A stretch of DNA of 64,000 bases, from positions 1 through 64,000 of IMG/VR virus record IMGVR_UViG_3300035180_001220; one strand, given 5' to 3'. Positions 36,391 through 45,999 of this stretch are shown in pieces. Position 1 is the stretch's first letter. Every line of letters starts with the position of its first letter. The position numbers and the translations under genes were made by a program. The notes beneath the pieces were generated by a model, which had not been told where the DNA came from, did no database searches, and was given only the letters and a program-made list of their open reading frames with translations. This stretch comes from a virus. Its lineage: Duplodnaviria; Caudoviricetes.

Positions 36391-36673
36391 ATAATTTAGA
36401 CACCTACCAATGGAAGGATGTCGTGACTGCAGCGGGGGTCACCCAGTCTTTAATAGGTGCCCCACTTATTGTTTGCTATGAAGCTGCAAGAAATGTGAGT
36501 ATGACGGAGATGTTTAAGTTCTACTAAGAAGCTTCATCAGCATAAAAGATCTTATGCAGGAGTTAATCTCTAAGAAAGCAGGGGCTGCAATATTCGATCT
36601 AATCTATAAAGTAACAGTGCATTAAGTTACAAAATAAACATGCCTCCATAAAATAGAATCTAATTTTTATGGA

Positions 36674-37057
36674 TTGGCTAGTACATTGCAAAACACATAT
36701 AGAATTTTAGATGATGACCACAAAGAAATCGTAAGGATGATTCTCAGTCTAATAGATACGGCAGACTTGCATGCTGTTACTCAAAAATTAGAACCGCTCA
36801 AGGCTAAATTTACAGAGCATTTTGAAGCAGAAGAAGCAATAATGTCTGCTATCGCGTATCCATATCTTGAGTACCACAATCACAGTCATTTTCACTTATC
36901 AGATTACTTGAATCTAATTCAGATTAGTTCTAGTTTTACGAGTATTAAATTCATGTTAAAAGAACTGCTAACACAATTCGCAAGGCATGCAGATTTATCT
37001 CTTCATCGAGAAGAAACATGTAAAGCATTAACCAGTTTTCATAAATTAAAACTCTAA
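36674..37057 (+). CDS. hemerythrin-like protein (C-terminus possibly degraded)
   Basis: DDDH, HFEAEE..M...YP...H...H. Confidence 0.75.
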   Translation: MASTLQNTYRILDDDHKEIVRMILSLIDTADLHAVTQKLEPLKAKFTEHFEAEEAIMSAIAYPYLEYHNHSHFHLSDYLNLIQISSSFTSIKFMLKELLTQFARHADLSLHREETCKALTSFHKLKL

Positions 37058-37092
37058 GTATAATATAACCCTATAGATGATAGGGGTATGTT

Positions 37093-37476
37093 ATGTCTCC
37101 AGAGCAATTTAAGCACTACATGATGGGTGACCCTAAATATGATGCTGAGCATTATATGCTGTTTCAAACTATAAATGCATATAGAGCTTTAGACAATCCT
37201 ACGCATGAACAAGCTGATACAGCATTACGGGAAATTTTCGAAGCATTTACAAATCACGTGGCAGAAGAAGAAGCGTATATGGAAGCTACAGATTTCCCAT
37301 ATTTAGCATATCATCGAGAGATGCACACGTCGTTGCTGAAACAGTTGCAGCATTATATATTACATCAGCATTTTCATGCAGCGCTAGTTAAGTCTGAGCT
37401 CTATGATTTCAGTATTGCATTTGCGCATCATATTGATGAAGCTGATAGGCAATTTTACGATCTTCATAAACAATAA
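37093..37476 (+). CDS. hemerythrin-like protein
   Basis: DAEH, HVAEEE.YM...FPY..YH..MH, HHIDEAD. Confidence 0.85.
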   Translation: MSPEQFKHYMMGDPKYDAEHYMLFQTINAYRALDNPTHEQADTALREIFEAFTNHVAEEEAYMEATDFPYLAYHREMHTSLLKQLQHYILHQHFHAALVKSELYDFSIAFAHHIDEADRQFYDLHKQ

Positions 37477-37518
37477 TCCCTTCAACGCCTCATAAATATC
37501 TTCTAGTGGAGAATATTT

Positions 37519-38211
37519 ATGAGGCGTTTTTGTGGGCTGGTATTTTTAACTTCAGCTCTTGGCTTAGCTTATGCCGAGACAAATGTGGTGCGCTCCATAA
37601 ACAGCAGATCTGCTACATCTATAGGAATAGAGCTGAAGAACTCTTTAACAGAATCACCAAAGAACTTTACAATCTCACCTTCGAATAAGATTGTTATTGA
37701 TCTTGAAGATACTATTTCGGAAGTACCACGAACAACTAAACTCCAATCATCTTCTGTTATAGTTGTCACTTCACAAGAGCGAACTCGTATCATTATCACC
37801 TTGGGCCGTGAAGTTAAATATGCACTTAAAACTAAAGATATATCTTTAGTGATTGAACTAGATGATGCACAACCATCTATAACATCTACAACAACCCCAG
37901 AAGCACTAATCACTATCATACGTGACATTTTAAAGAGCGAAATAAATCTCAAAGATTCAATCGAGCATATCAATTCGCTGTTGCTAATGCCACCAAATGA
38001 GTTCACAGAAGAAGCACAGGAATCAGCAGGTGTTGTGTATGAACGTTTGAACCAACCTGAAAAAGCAAAGGCTGAATATAAAGCATTCATTTCAATGTAC
38101 CCTGATAGCACGAGGTTAGCTCGAGTTCGGCAACACCTCATAGCACTGACCTTTACTTCAAGTGCGCACAAGCATATGATAACACGGTTAACTATGCTTC
38201 GCTATTTTTGA
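37519..38211 (+). CDS. exported AMIN-like/TPR protein (possibly truncated)
   Basis: Signal peptide; KIVIDL...RTRIII.L; TPR-like EAQE..GV.YE...AKAEY...YPDS. Confidence 0.6.
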   Translation: MRRFCGLVFLTSALGLAYAETNVVRSINSRSATSIGIELKNSLTESPKNFTISPSNKIVIDLEDTISEVPRTTKLQSSSVIVVTSQERTRIIITLGREVKYALKTKDISLVIELDDAQPSITSTTTPEALITIIRDILKSEINLKDSIEHINSLLLMPPNEFTEEAQESAGVVYERLNQPEKAKAEYKAFISMYPDSTRLARVRQHLIALTFTSSAHKHMITRLTMLRYF

Positions 38212-38309
38212 AGAAGGTTGCTGGTTTCTTTGCTGTTTCCCTTGATTCAGTATTTGCATAAATAAATTCGAACCCCTATAAATACTCCTATAATTTATAG
38301 GGGTTCGAA

Positions 38310-38801
38310 ATGAGAAAAAGAATACCGCTTGATGATATTCTAACAGTGAATAGCACCTTTGCCAGACATGCACTAAAGTTTAGATTAATTGATGAAAAGA
38401 GATTAGAATATATCTGCGATGAATGTCAAAATAGAGGCGAGTGGAATGGTAAAAAATTATCGCTGCATCTAGACCATACTAATAGTGTGTTCAATGATAA
38501 TAGAATAGAGAACCTTAGATTTCTTTGCCCCAACTGTCATGCGCAAACAGATTCTTATGCTGGGAAAAACATCATAGGCAAGAAGAATAAAGGAACTGCT
38601 AAGACTGATTATCGTTATCTAAAAAGAGAAGCGGATAAAAAGAAGTGGGATGATATTAGAAACAACTCAGGAATTGATTTCAACAAACGTGGTTGGGTTG
38701 GACAGGTTGCTGATATTTTACAAATCTCACCACAAAAGATAAATAAATGGTTACAACGAGTTGATGCTGAATTTCATTCAGCAAAATATACAGGGGTGTA
38801 G
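38310..38801 (+). CDS. HNH homing endonuclease
   Basis: CDEC...LHLDH.N....DNRIENLRFLCPNCH. Confidence 0.9.
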   Translation: MRKRIPLDDILTVNSTFARHALKFRLIDEKRLEYICDECQNRGEWNGKKLSLHLDHTNSVFNDNRIENLRFLCPNCHAQTDSYAGKNIIGKKNKGTAKTDYRYLKREADKKKWDDIRNNSGIDFNKRGWVGQVADILQISPQKINKWLQRVDAEFHSAKYTGV

Positions 38802-38868
38802 TTCCAATTGGCAGAACGGCGGCCTCCAAATCCGTATGTTGGGAGTTCGAATCTCTCCACCCCTGCCA
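38792..38868 (+). tRNA. tRNA-Trp(CCA)
   Basis: CT-CCA-AA loop; GCCA. Confidence 0.9.
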
Positions 38869-38973
38869 AATCCCTTGCGCCCGTCATCTAAACTGAACAT
38901 AATGTACTAAAACTATCACATTTTAGAACATTATTCAGTGTTAATCTGACTAGAATCAGTTGCATAATAAACT

Positions 38974-39216
38974 ATGCGCAAAGAAATCAAAGTCATTTAT
39001 CTTCACGGGTATGGGTCTAGCTCAGCGTCTGGCAAGGTTGCGGGACTCAGAGAATACTTCTGGGATGTTTATGCTCCAGATATCCCAAATTGCCTCCTGG
39101 TCATGAGCTTAGAGACCCCACAACTAAAGCACTACCTTCATCGCCCCAGGATTAATGGAGAATATCAGGCCAAACTGGTAGTAGGCCAACCTAGTAAGCA
39201 CATAGAACAAACTTAG
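38974..39216 (+). pseudogene. YqiA-like alpha/beta hydrolase N-terminal fragment fused to unrelated sequence
   Basis: IYLHGYGSS..SGK only; terminator agcccg-ttcatt-cgggct-ttttt follows. Confidence 0.55.
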
Positions 39217-39291
39217 CCCGTTCATTCGGGCTTTTTTGTGCCCAGTTATTGGGTTGCTCATAAATATTCTACCATCAGAATATTATTCCAC

Positions 39292-39552
39292 ATGCATAAT
39301 AGACACTTAGTAGTAATTTCAAACCCTAGGGTAGCCAATGGTGAAATGATGGTGTCATTAAGTATTGCAGACTGGAACAAAGATTTATGTTTCTATTATC
39401 CAGTAGAGCACATAGACAATAAGTCCCTCTACCTGCATGTACTCTGGAAATTATCTGGTGATGACAAATACGTGATTTTCGCAACTGCAGAAGCCGACAC
39501 TGAGCAGAAAGAATATTCTAGGCTCAAGTTGCAAAATTGGGATTTTGCATAG
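39292..39552 (+). CDS. hypothetical protein
   Basis: ORF after late promoter CATAAATA. Confidence 0.45.
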   Translation: MHNRHLVVISNPRVANGEMMVSLSIADWNKDLCFYYPVEHIDNKSLYLHVLWKLSGDDKYVIFATAEADTEQKEYSRLKLQNWDFA

Positions 39553-39595
39553 TTTATACTGATGATTTTCCAGTGTAAAATGAAACAAGTTAATA

Positions 39596-39669
39596 GCTCT
39601 CATAGTATAATGGCATTACGTATCCTTGGTAAGGATATAACACAAGTTCGACTCTTGTTGGGAGCACCA
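39596..39669 (+). tRNA. tRNA-Thr(GGT)
   Basis: tatcc-TTGGTAA-ggata; ACCA. Confidence 0.88.
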
Positions 39670-39859
39670 GTTTATCAACTCGTTAAGAAAGCCTATGCAG
39701 ACCCAATCTGAACCAAAGACTTCACTTGCGCAATTCCTTCTGGACCATCAAGCCCAGAATGAATACTTGCGTGATAAGCTGTTTGAACGTCCAAACAAGA
39801 TTTGTTGGTTACTGCAGCCCCAAAAGAAAGATAAAGAAAAAGATGATTCACTGAAAAGA

Positions 39860-40360
39860 AACTAATACGATCTATGTTGGTATGGATGGAGTTGTTGCTG
39901 ACTTCGATCAGTTCGTATTAGAGAATCTAGGCAGACCATTTGACCATAAGGTCGGTCCTAAAGGTGATGATGAGAGGTGGAATTTCTTAAAGGGTGTTCC
40001 ACGGCTGTATCGCATCTTAAAGCCTATATCATATGCTAGAGAGATCATGGAGGCAGTAAAGGCAACAGGTTCAAATGTTGAAATGCTGACAGCTATTCCT
40101 CATCGCGCTGCATTACCTGGTGCTGAGCAAGATAAACGTGAATGGATGGATGAGCATTTTCCAGGGTAAAGGTAATCATTGGTCCGTATTCTGCAGATAA
40201 GTGGAAGTGGGCTAAGCCAGGTCACATCATCATTGATGATCGAACAGACAACATCCAAGATTGGGTTGAGAAAGGTAAAGGCATCCTTCATCTCTATGAT
40301 AACCATCTAAACACACTAAACTGGATTAGCACACTCACTACCCGGCAATATTTTATATAA
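39860..40360 (+). pseudogene. 5'(3')-deoxyribonucleotidase (NT5C-like HAD), frameshifted
   Basis: MDGVVADF, LTA.P, K.EW in one frame; IIIDDR..NI..W in another. Confidence 0.75.
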
Positions 40361-40395
40361 ATAAAGCCAGTAATATCTATTCTGGAGTAACTAAC

Positions 40396-40974
40396 ATGAA
40401 AGTTTCTGAACTATTTGAAGCAGTCCAAGGATCACCTGGTCAAGGTGGTACATTGCAGGGTGGTGCTTATTACAAGCCAAAGTTTACACCATCTAAGAGT
40501 GTTGCCGGCCTTGGTGACATCCGTGGTTCTGTAAAGGACTGGATGGATGCTATCGGTGCTTCTCCTCAGGATATCGAGAAAGCAGTTTCACGTGTAAAGG
40601 GTTCCACTCTTTTCAGAAATGAATTCCCTAAAGCAGGTCTTGAGTATGATGCTCGGCCAGCAGGTGAAAAGAATGGTACATTATCATTTAAGGTAAATCG
40701 CAAATGGACATATGGAGGGCAAACTCGTACTGCTCGTACTGGCTATAACGTTTATGCTAATGGACAAATCCGTTGCACATCTGAAAATATGTGGGGTAAA
40801 GAAATGATGGCTCCACTTAAGTCACCTAAGCCACGTGTGAAAGCTGGTGATCCAGTAGGTTCAATTGTTATGATTATGACTGCAGCAATGGAAGAACTTC
40901 TTGCTAAGTGGAATAAAGCTTCTGAAAGAATGGAACGTGAAGCTACTAAGGCGGCAAAGCAGGAAGTTAAGTAG
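40396..40974 (+). CDS. hypothetical virion protein with MKVSELFEA leader
   Basis: Late promoter TATAAATA at ~40356; SD ggag. Confidence 0.7.
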   Translation: MKVSELFEAVQGSPGQGGTLQGGAYYKPKFTPSKSVAGLGDIRGSVKDWMDAIGASPQDIEKAVSRVKGSTLFRNEFPKAGLEYDARPAGEKNGTLSFKVNRKWTYGGQTRTARTGYNVYANGQIRCTSENMWGKEMMAPLKSPKPRVKAGDPVGSIVMIMTAAMEELLAKWNKASERMEREATKAAKQEVK

Positions 40975-41152
40975 GTCAAATGGTTAAGTGGTTAAGTTTT
41001 CTTTACTTATCGCTGTGGTCTTTCTTAGTGCTATCGGTGTATGGGGTGTATCATGCTCTAAAGAAACGCAGCGCGTTAATGTAATCGATCTTGAACAAGA
41101 GAGCCACTAAGATTCAAAGCTGAATTGTAAAAGGGCTCCAATTGGAGCCCTT

Positions 41153-41881
41153 TTATTTGAGGGATAACTTGTCAGAGTAAGTAATCTTCTTAGGGATTAC
41201 GGCCCCTAAGTTACTCTGAGCTATAAAGTTCTGCTTTGTAGTCAAGTACTTATCAAGTTGGGCAGTGATGAGACCCGCAGAGTTCGGCATAATCACAGTA
41301 AAGGATTCCTGGGTTGCCGGAATGAAGATGAGCTTAGCGATGCTGGATGGAATTGGAGTGCCATCCTTGAGAGTGCTAATCGTGCCCTTGAAGATTGGAC
41401 TTGTGATAACATAGATTTCACCTTTAGCTGTTTGCTTGCGGGTGCGCATCTCTAAAGATCGCCAAATTCCTCTGTTCATCTTGTTGACTTGAGGTACCAT
41501 GTTGGTCATAAAGAAGCTTTCATCTGCTGCAACTGCATCGTCAGCAAAGTCTTCAAATGGTGCCATGTGACCCTTGTCAAATTGAGTACCGATAAAAGCT
41601 TTGACAGTGGCTTGATGATTTAGAGGAATAGCTGAATCTGGACGGAAGTTATCTTTGCGAGGTTGATCAGCATTAGCAACATTAGCCGCAGTCATTTTTT
41701 CAGCAACCCAAACTGGTGTTCCTTTTGCTGGATTAAACCCAATTGCATAGCGCTTCTTGCAGAGAACGATTGTATTTGGAACGTTAGGTACTACACCATC
41801 AGCAAAGAACTGAGGGCAAGATACCTGAGCGAATGACAAAGTAGTAAATAGAACTAGAGTAGCAACGATGAGTTTTTTCAT
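41153..41881 (-). CDS. secreted DNA/RNA non-specific endonuclease (NucA/EndA family)
   Basis: Signal peptide; FDKGHMAP, ESFFMTNMVPQ...NRGIW..LE. Confidence 0.9.
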   Translation of the reverse strand: MKKLIVATLVLFTTLSFAQVSCPQFFADGVVPNVPNTIVLCKKRYAIGFNPAKGTPVWVAEKMTAANVANADQPRKDNFRPDSAIPLNHQATVKAFIGTQFDKGHMAPFEDFADDAVAADESFFMTNMVPQVNKMNRGIWRSLEMRTRKQTAKGEIYVITSPIFKGTISTLKDGTPIPSSIAKLIFIPATQESFTVIMPNSAGLITAQLDKYLTTKQNFIAQSNLGAVIPKKITYSDKLSLK

Positions 41882-42164
41882 GGTAACCTTTGCGGAAATT
41901 GATAGCTTATTTATGTTAATCTGATCAACCCAGTTTATTTTGACAGGTTGAAATGTTATAATTTACTCAGATAATAAATCTGACTGGAGCCTGAATGGAT
42001 TTTGCAGTAGATTTTATCAACGGAATTAGTCTTGGAGCAGAGTATGTTCCAGCTGAGAGTGATGATGAAGTTAATACTTTCATCATCGATATTGTGTTAT
42101 TAAGATTGTTGTTTCAGTGGGAGTGAAACAGTTGTGGCAGGTAACTGAAATAGGAGAAATGAAA

Positions 42165-42734
42165 ATGGCAAAGATTCTGCAACTCGACATCAACGGTCAG
42201 CCTAACGAATGGATTTCGTGGCAAGATGCTGCTGTGTACCATGCTAAGGGACTTGTCTCTTGGTCATTGGGCGAGTATGAAACAGTAATCCGTGGTGGTA
42301 ATAACCGCATTACTGGAGAACAATCCATTATCAAGACTTCTTCCATCATTGCTGTTAAGGGTGCTATTGGTAAGAGACGTCATCGTATCCCTGCTTTGAA
42401 CAACACTGAGCTGTTCCGTAGAGACCGTTGCACGTGTGCTTACTGTGGTCAGGTGTTCTCTGAACACAAGCTTACCCGTGACCACATCATCCCACGTTAC
42501 TTGAAGGGTCAAGATGTTTGGATGAATGTTGTAACTTGCTGCTCGAAGTGTAACCAGAAGAAGGACTGCAAGACTCTTGAAGAAGCTGGCATGACGTTGC
42601 TTTACGCTCCATACGTTCCATCTAAGGCAGAACATTTGATCCTCGCAAATAGAAATGTACTAGCAGATCAAATGGAGTTCCTTATGGCATTCGTTCCTGC
42701 AAACTCAAGACTTAGAACAGAACTTATACATTAA
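42165..42734 (+). CDS. McrA-like HNH endonuclease
   Basis: LFRRDRCTCAYCG...LTRDHIIP..GQD.W.NVVTCC..CN. Confidence 0.9.
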   Translation: MAKILQLDINGQPNEWISWQDAAVYHAKGLVSWSLGEYETVIRGGNNRITGEQSIIKTSSIIAVKGAIGKRRHRIPALNNTELFRRDRCTCAYCGQVFSEHKLTRDHIIPRYLKGQDVWMNVVTCCSKCNQKKDCKTLEEAGMTLLYAPYVPSKAEHLILANRNVLADQMEFLMAFVPANSRLRTELIH

Positions 42735-42854
42735 AATTTTAAAACTGTACAGCGTGTGAACTCGGTGATCACTTAGAAATAAGAAAATTTGAACCTTTGG
42801 TGCAAATTGAACAGATGGCTTAGGGTGCAGTTTGAACTTTATATTAAGCAGTTG

Positions 42855-42908
42855 ATACCTTCAGCAGAAGAACCTCTAGCAATAGGAGTTCTTCTGCTGA
42901 AGGTATTG
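42855..42908. terminator. strong intergenic hairpin
   Basis: ataccttcagcagaagaac/gttcttctgctgaaggtat inverted repeat. Confidence 0.6.
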
Positions 42909-42963
42909 AATAAAGTATTGTTTATTGGACATAATGGAATTTTTGAATTAAACTGGAGATAGA

Positions 42964-43485
42964 ATGAAAGAAATTGATCCTCGTATGGAGCGTGTTTTGA
43001 CTGGACAGCTCAAAGCCACATTTATCAATTCTATCTTAGCACTTATCATTTCATTTGGGTCAGTATTTTACTTTTGGGATTTTGGAATTGAGAACTTTAT
43101 TGCAGGCGCAATTGCTGCATTTGCGCTGAATAAGCTTCTCAATCTAATTACTCTAACATACTTCCAATATAAGAACTATGCTGGAAAATTTAATGAAATG
43201 ATTGAAGATGCTGCACGTGCATCTGAATTAATTTCAAGCTATGACCCATCTAAAGAAGATAAAGGTCCTCAGCTTCAGCAGTTGTCTGTGACTATCATGG
43301 GCACACCAGAGAAAACTATCGGTAGATACATGGATACAGAGTTCTATGAATGGCTTTCTATTAAGGGGGCCGATGATAAGTTGATTAAAGTTGTTTTCAC
43401 TGGAACAATCTCTCTTGAGAATGGAGATATCCCTCCACCAAACAGCATCGTTATTCCACCTGGGTTGATTTATCAGGTTGAGTAG
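42964..43485 (+). CDS. membrane protein
   Basis: Two N-terminal TM segments. Confidence 0.65.
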   Translation: MKEIDPRMERVLTGQLKATFINSILALIISFGSVFYFWDFGIENFIAGAIAAFALNKLLNLITLTYFQYKNYAGKFNEMIEDAARASELISSYDPSKEDKGPQLQQLSVTIMGTPEKTIGRYMDTEFYEWLSIKGADDKLIKVVFTGTISLENGDIPPPNSIVIPPGLIYQVE

Positions 43486-43552
43486 TTATAAATAAAATTA
43501 CTATTTCATCAGTTTACACCCTCTTAGTTGCAGGGTATAATAAATGAAATTA

Positions 43553-43643
43553 AACGAATTAGACAAAACCGGCCGTTGATAGTTTATCTTTAAATATAAA
43601 CCACTATTGACAATTCATTAGTTTTTCTATTCTCTGATTCGTT
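43553..43643 (+). ncRNA. Y-RNA-like module upstream of Ro60
   Basis: Follows a promoter; aacgaattaga/tctgattcgtt stem, AACCGG..gttgatagTTTATC/actattgac. Confidence 0.6.
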
Positions 43644-43653
43644 CAATAAACCC

Positions 43654-44011
43654 TTTGCATTAACGCTATTTTAGCCCTCCTAACCGGAGGCTGTTGGTTA
43701 ACACTACTATGTAATCTACTATGTAGAGCTTATCGGTACGCCAGTTGAAAGACAAGCCATCTTTAAGATATGTGCTCATGCAGACTACATGAGAGAGGGA
43801 TTCCTTACCCTGGACCAATACGGGAATATTTCTGGTAGAAACCAGATATTTGTAAGATTGAATAACTTAGATAGGAAATCCAACCGATAAATTGGATGTA
43901 GGTCCATTATAGTTTAGCTGGTTCTGAAGGGAATTTCATGTTAAGCATTTTTGGTACTGAAATACCCAACTCCAAACATTTGTTGAAGGGTTAAAATAAC
44001 GTTAATGCGAA
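43654..44011 (+). ncRNA. unclassified ~360-nt structured RNA directly upstream of Ro60
   Basis: ~25-bp terminal stem tttgcattaacgctattttagccct/agggttaaaataacgttaatgcgaa; many internal hairpins; no ORF. Confidence 0.6.
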
Positions 44012-44054
44012 ACTTTGCTATAATACTGTAGCCGCTCTTATAAAGGAAATTAAA

Positions 44055-45668
44055 ATGTTTTTCTACGCAAACACGATGTCTACCACGCCAGCTAAGGTTG
44101 TTACCCCACAGACCGAGGCTATCCCTGGCCGCGAGGCCGATATGGCACAGAATAATGCTGGCGGTGTCGTCTTTAAGATGGACGAGTGGGCCTATCTTGA
44201 CCGCTTTTTAATTTTGGGAAGTGCGACTCCATCTTACTACGCTTCTGCCCAGAAGTTGACGAAGGATGCTGCAAAGAATGTATTGGCTTGCATCGCTGCA
44301 AACGGCGTACAAACAGTAGAGAAGATTGTTGAAATCTCCCAGGCTGGGCGTGCTCCAAAGAACGACCCCGCGGTGTTTGCTCTTGCACTTTGTGCAATTA
44401 GCAAGGATGCTGAAACCGTTTCTGCTGCTTATGCCGCTCTGCCAAAGGTCGCCCGTACGGGCACCCACCTTTTCCAATTCGTTGCTGCTTTGGATGAGCT
44501 TGGTAAGTGGAATGCTGCTGCAAAGCGTGGTATTGCCGCGTGGTACACTAAGCGCAACGAAGACCGTTTGGCAATGCAGTTGATGAAGTATCAGTCCCGC
44601 AATGGATGGTCTCACCGTGACGTCTTGCGTCTTGCTCACGTTAAGCCAGGAAATGAACTTCAGAGTAACATGTTCCGATATGTTGTAAAGGGTGCAGATG
44701 CAATTGAACAAGGTCAGGCAATGCCACAGACCATGATCGATTACGAAATGCTGAAGCGTAACCCAGATCAGAAGACTGCTCTGCGCATCATCGCAGACAA
44801 CAAGGACTTCACGTGGGAAATGATGCCTACTGAATTGCATAAGAACAAGGCAGTAATGTCTGCTCTTATCCCTAACATGGGTATGACCGCGCTTATTCGT
44901 AAGCTTGGTGCTTTGACTGCGGCTGGAGTTATCGCTCCTTTGTCTTCGGACTTGAAGGCTGTTGTTGCTAAGCTGAAGGATGCTGATACCATCAAGGCAG
45001 CTCGTGTACACCCAATCACGATCTTGTCTGCTCTTCGCCAGTACTCTTTGGGTCATGGTGATAAGGGTAGCTTGACTTGGACTGCTAACCAAGCTGTTGT
45101 AGATGCTTTGAACGATGCATTTTACGATGCATTCGAGTTCATCCCAACTACTGGACAGGGTTACTTGTTTGGTATGGATATTTCTGGTTCCATGTTCAGT
45201 TCTCAAGTATCTGGTACGCCGGGAATGACTGCTGCAGAAGTATCTGCTTGTATGGCACTTGCTGTCGCTAAGCGCGAAAGCAACTACGAAATGTTCGGCT
45301 TCGACACACGTCCAAAGCCATTGAAGATTTCTCCAAGCATGCGTTTGGACGGTGTTATCAAGGCTATGCGAGACCTACGCTGGTCTGGGGGCGGTACTGA
45401 TTGTTCTTTGCCAATGACCTACGCTATTGATAACAAGATTAGCGGAGTAGATAAGTTCTGCATCTACACCGACAGCGAGACCTATGCAGGTCATATGCAG
45501 CCTGTGCAAGCCTTGGCGCAGTACCGTGCTAAGTTCAGCAAGAACGCGAAGTTGATTGTTTGCGGAACCTCCGTAACCAACTTTACCATTGCTGACCCTA
45601 AGGATCCAGGAATGTTGGACGTAGTTGGATTTGATTCTTCTGTACCACAGTTGATTCAGTCCTTCTGA
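44055..45668 (+). CDS. rsr: Ro60/Rsr TROVE-vWA RNA-binding protein
   Basis: NNAGG..F, RFLILGS, KYQSRNGWSHRD.LRLAH, vWA DISGSM, GGTDC, YTDSET, DVVGFD. Confidence 0.95.
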   Translation: MFFYANTMSTTPAKVVTPQTEAIPGREADMAQNNAGGVVFKMDEWAYLDRFLILGSATPSYYASAQKLTKDAAKNVLACIAANGVQTVEKIVEISQAGRAPKNDPAVFALALCAISKDAETVSAAYAALPKVARTGTHLFQFVAALDELGKWNAAAKRGIAAWYTKRNEDRLAMQLMKYQSRNGWSHRDVLRLAHVKPGNELQSNMFRYVVKGADAIEQGQAMPQTMIDYEMLKRNPDQKTALRIIADNKDFTWEMMPTELHKNKAVMSALIPNMGMTALIRKLGALTAAGVIAPLSSDLKAVVAKLKDADTIKAARVHPITILSALRQYSLGHGDKGSLTWTANQAVVDALNDAFYDAFEFIPTTGQGYLFGMDISGSMFSSQVSGTPGMTAAEVSACMALAVAKRESNYEMFGFDTRPKPLKISPSMRLDGVIKAMRDLRWSGGGTDCSLPMTYAIDNKISGVDKFCIYTDSETYAGHMQPVQALAQYRAKFSKNAKLIVCGTSVTNFTIADPKDPGMLDVVGFDSSVPQLIQSF

Positions 45669-45735
45669 GTAAACGCAAGTTTACTCCCCCTAAAGGGATA
45701 GAGTATAATGAACTCTATCCCCTTTTGTGGTTTGT

Positions 45736-45999
45736 ATGAAATTCCGAATCGACTTTAAAGACCCCGACGCTCTTAACATTCATCAAATTGCAAATGATTG
45801 TCTCTTTGCTGATAAAGATGAGGCGTGGGAAGAAGGTTTCGCTAATCTAAGTTCTGTTCAGCGAAAAGAAATTCTTGATGAGGTGAAGGAATCAATCAAG
45901 GAATTTCTCGATCAATGGATGCGGTACAGTGAATACATCACTGTTGAATTTAACATGGACACGAAGACAGCTATGGTTGTCCCGCTGATAAGCCAATGA
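45736..45999 (+). CDS. hypothetical protein
   Basis: MKFRIDFKDPD...EYITVEF pattern. Confidence 0.6.
   Translation: MKFRIDFKDPDALNIHQIANDCLFADKDEAWEEGFANLSSVQRKEILDEVKESIKEFLDQWMRYSEYITVEFNMDTKTAMVVPLISQ

Noticed and set aside
39103-39238. Third leader-attenuator before tRNA-Thr 39596
   Set aside because: A terminator is present, but I found no competing antiterminator and no codon match.
43654-44011. RNase P RNA or tmRNA
   Set aside because: No GGAAAGTCC or P4 signature and no tRNA-like ends.
44208-45206. 332-aa minus-strand ORF
   Set aside because: Antisense to the codon-biased Ro60 gene; no motifs.
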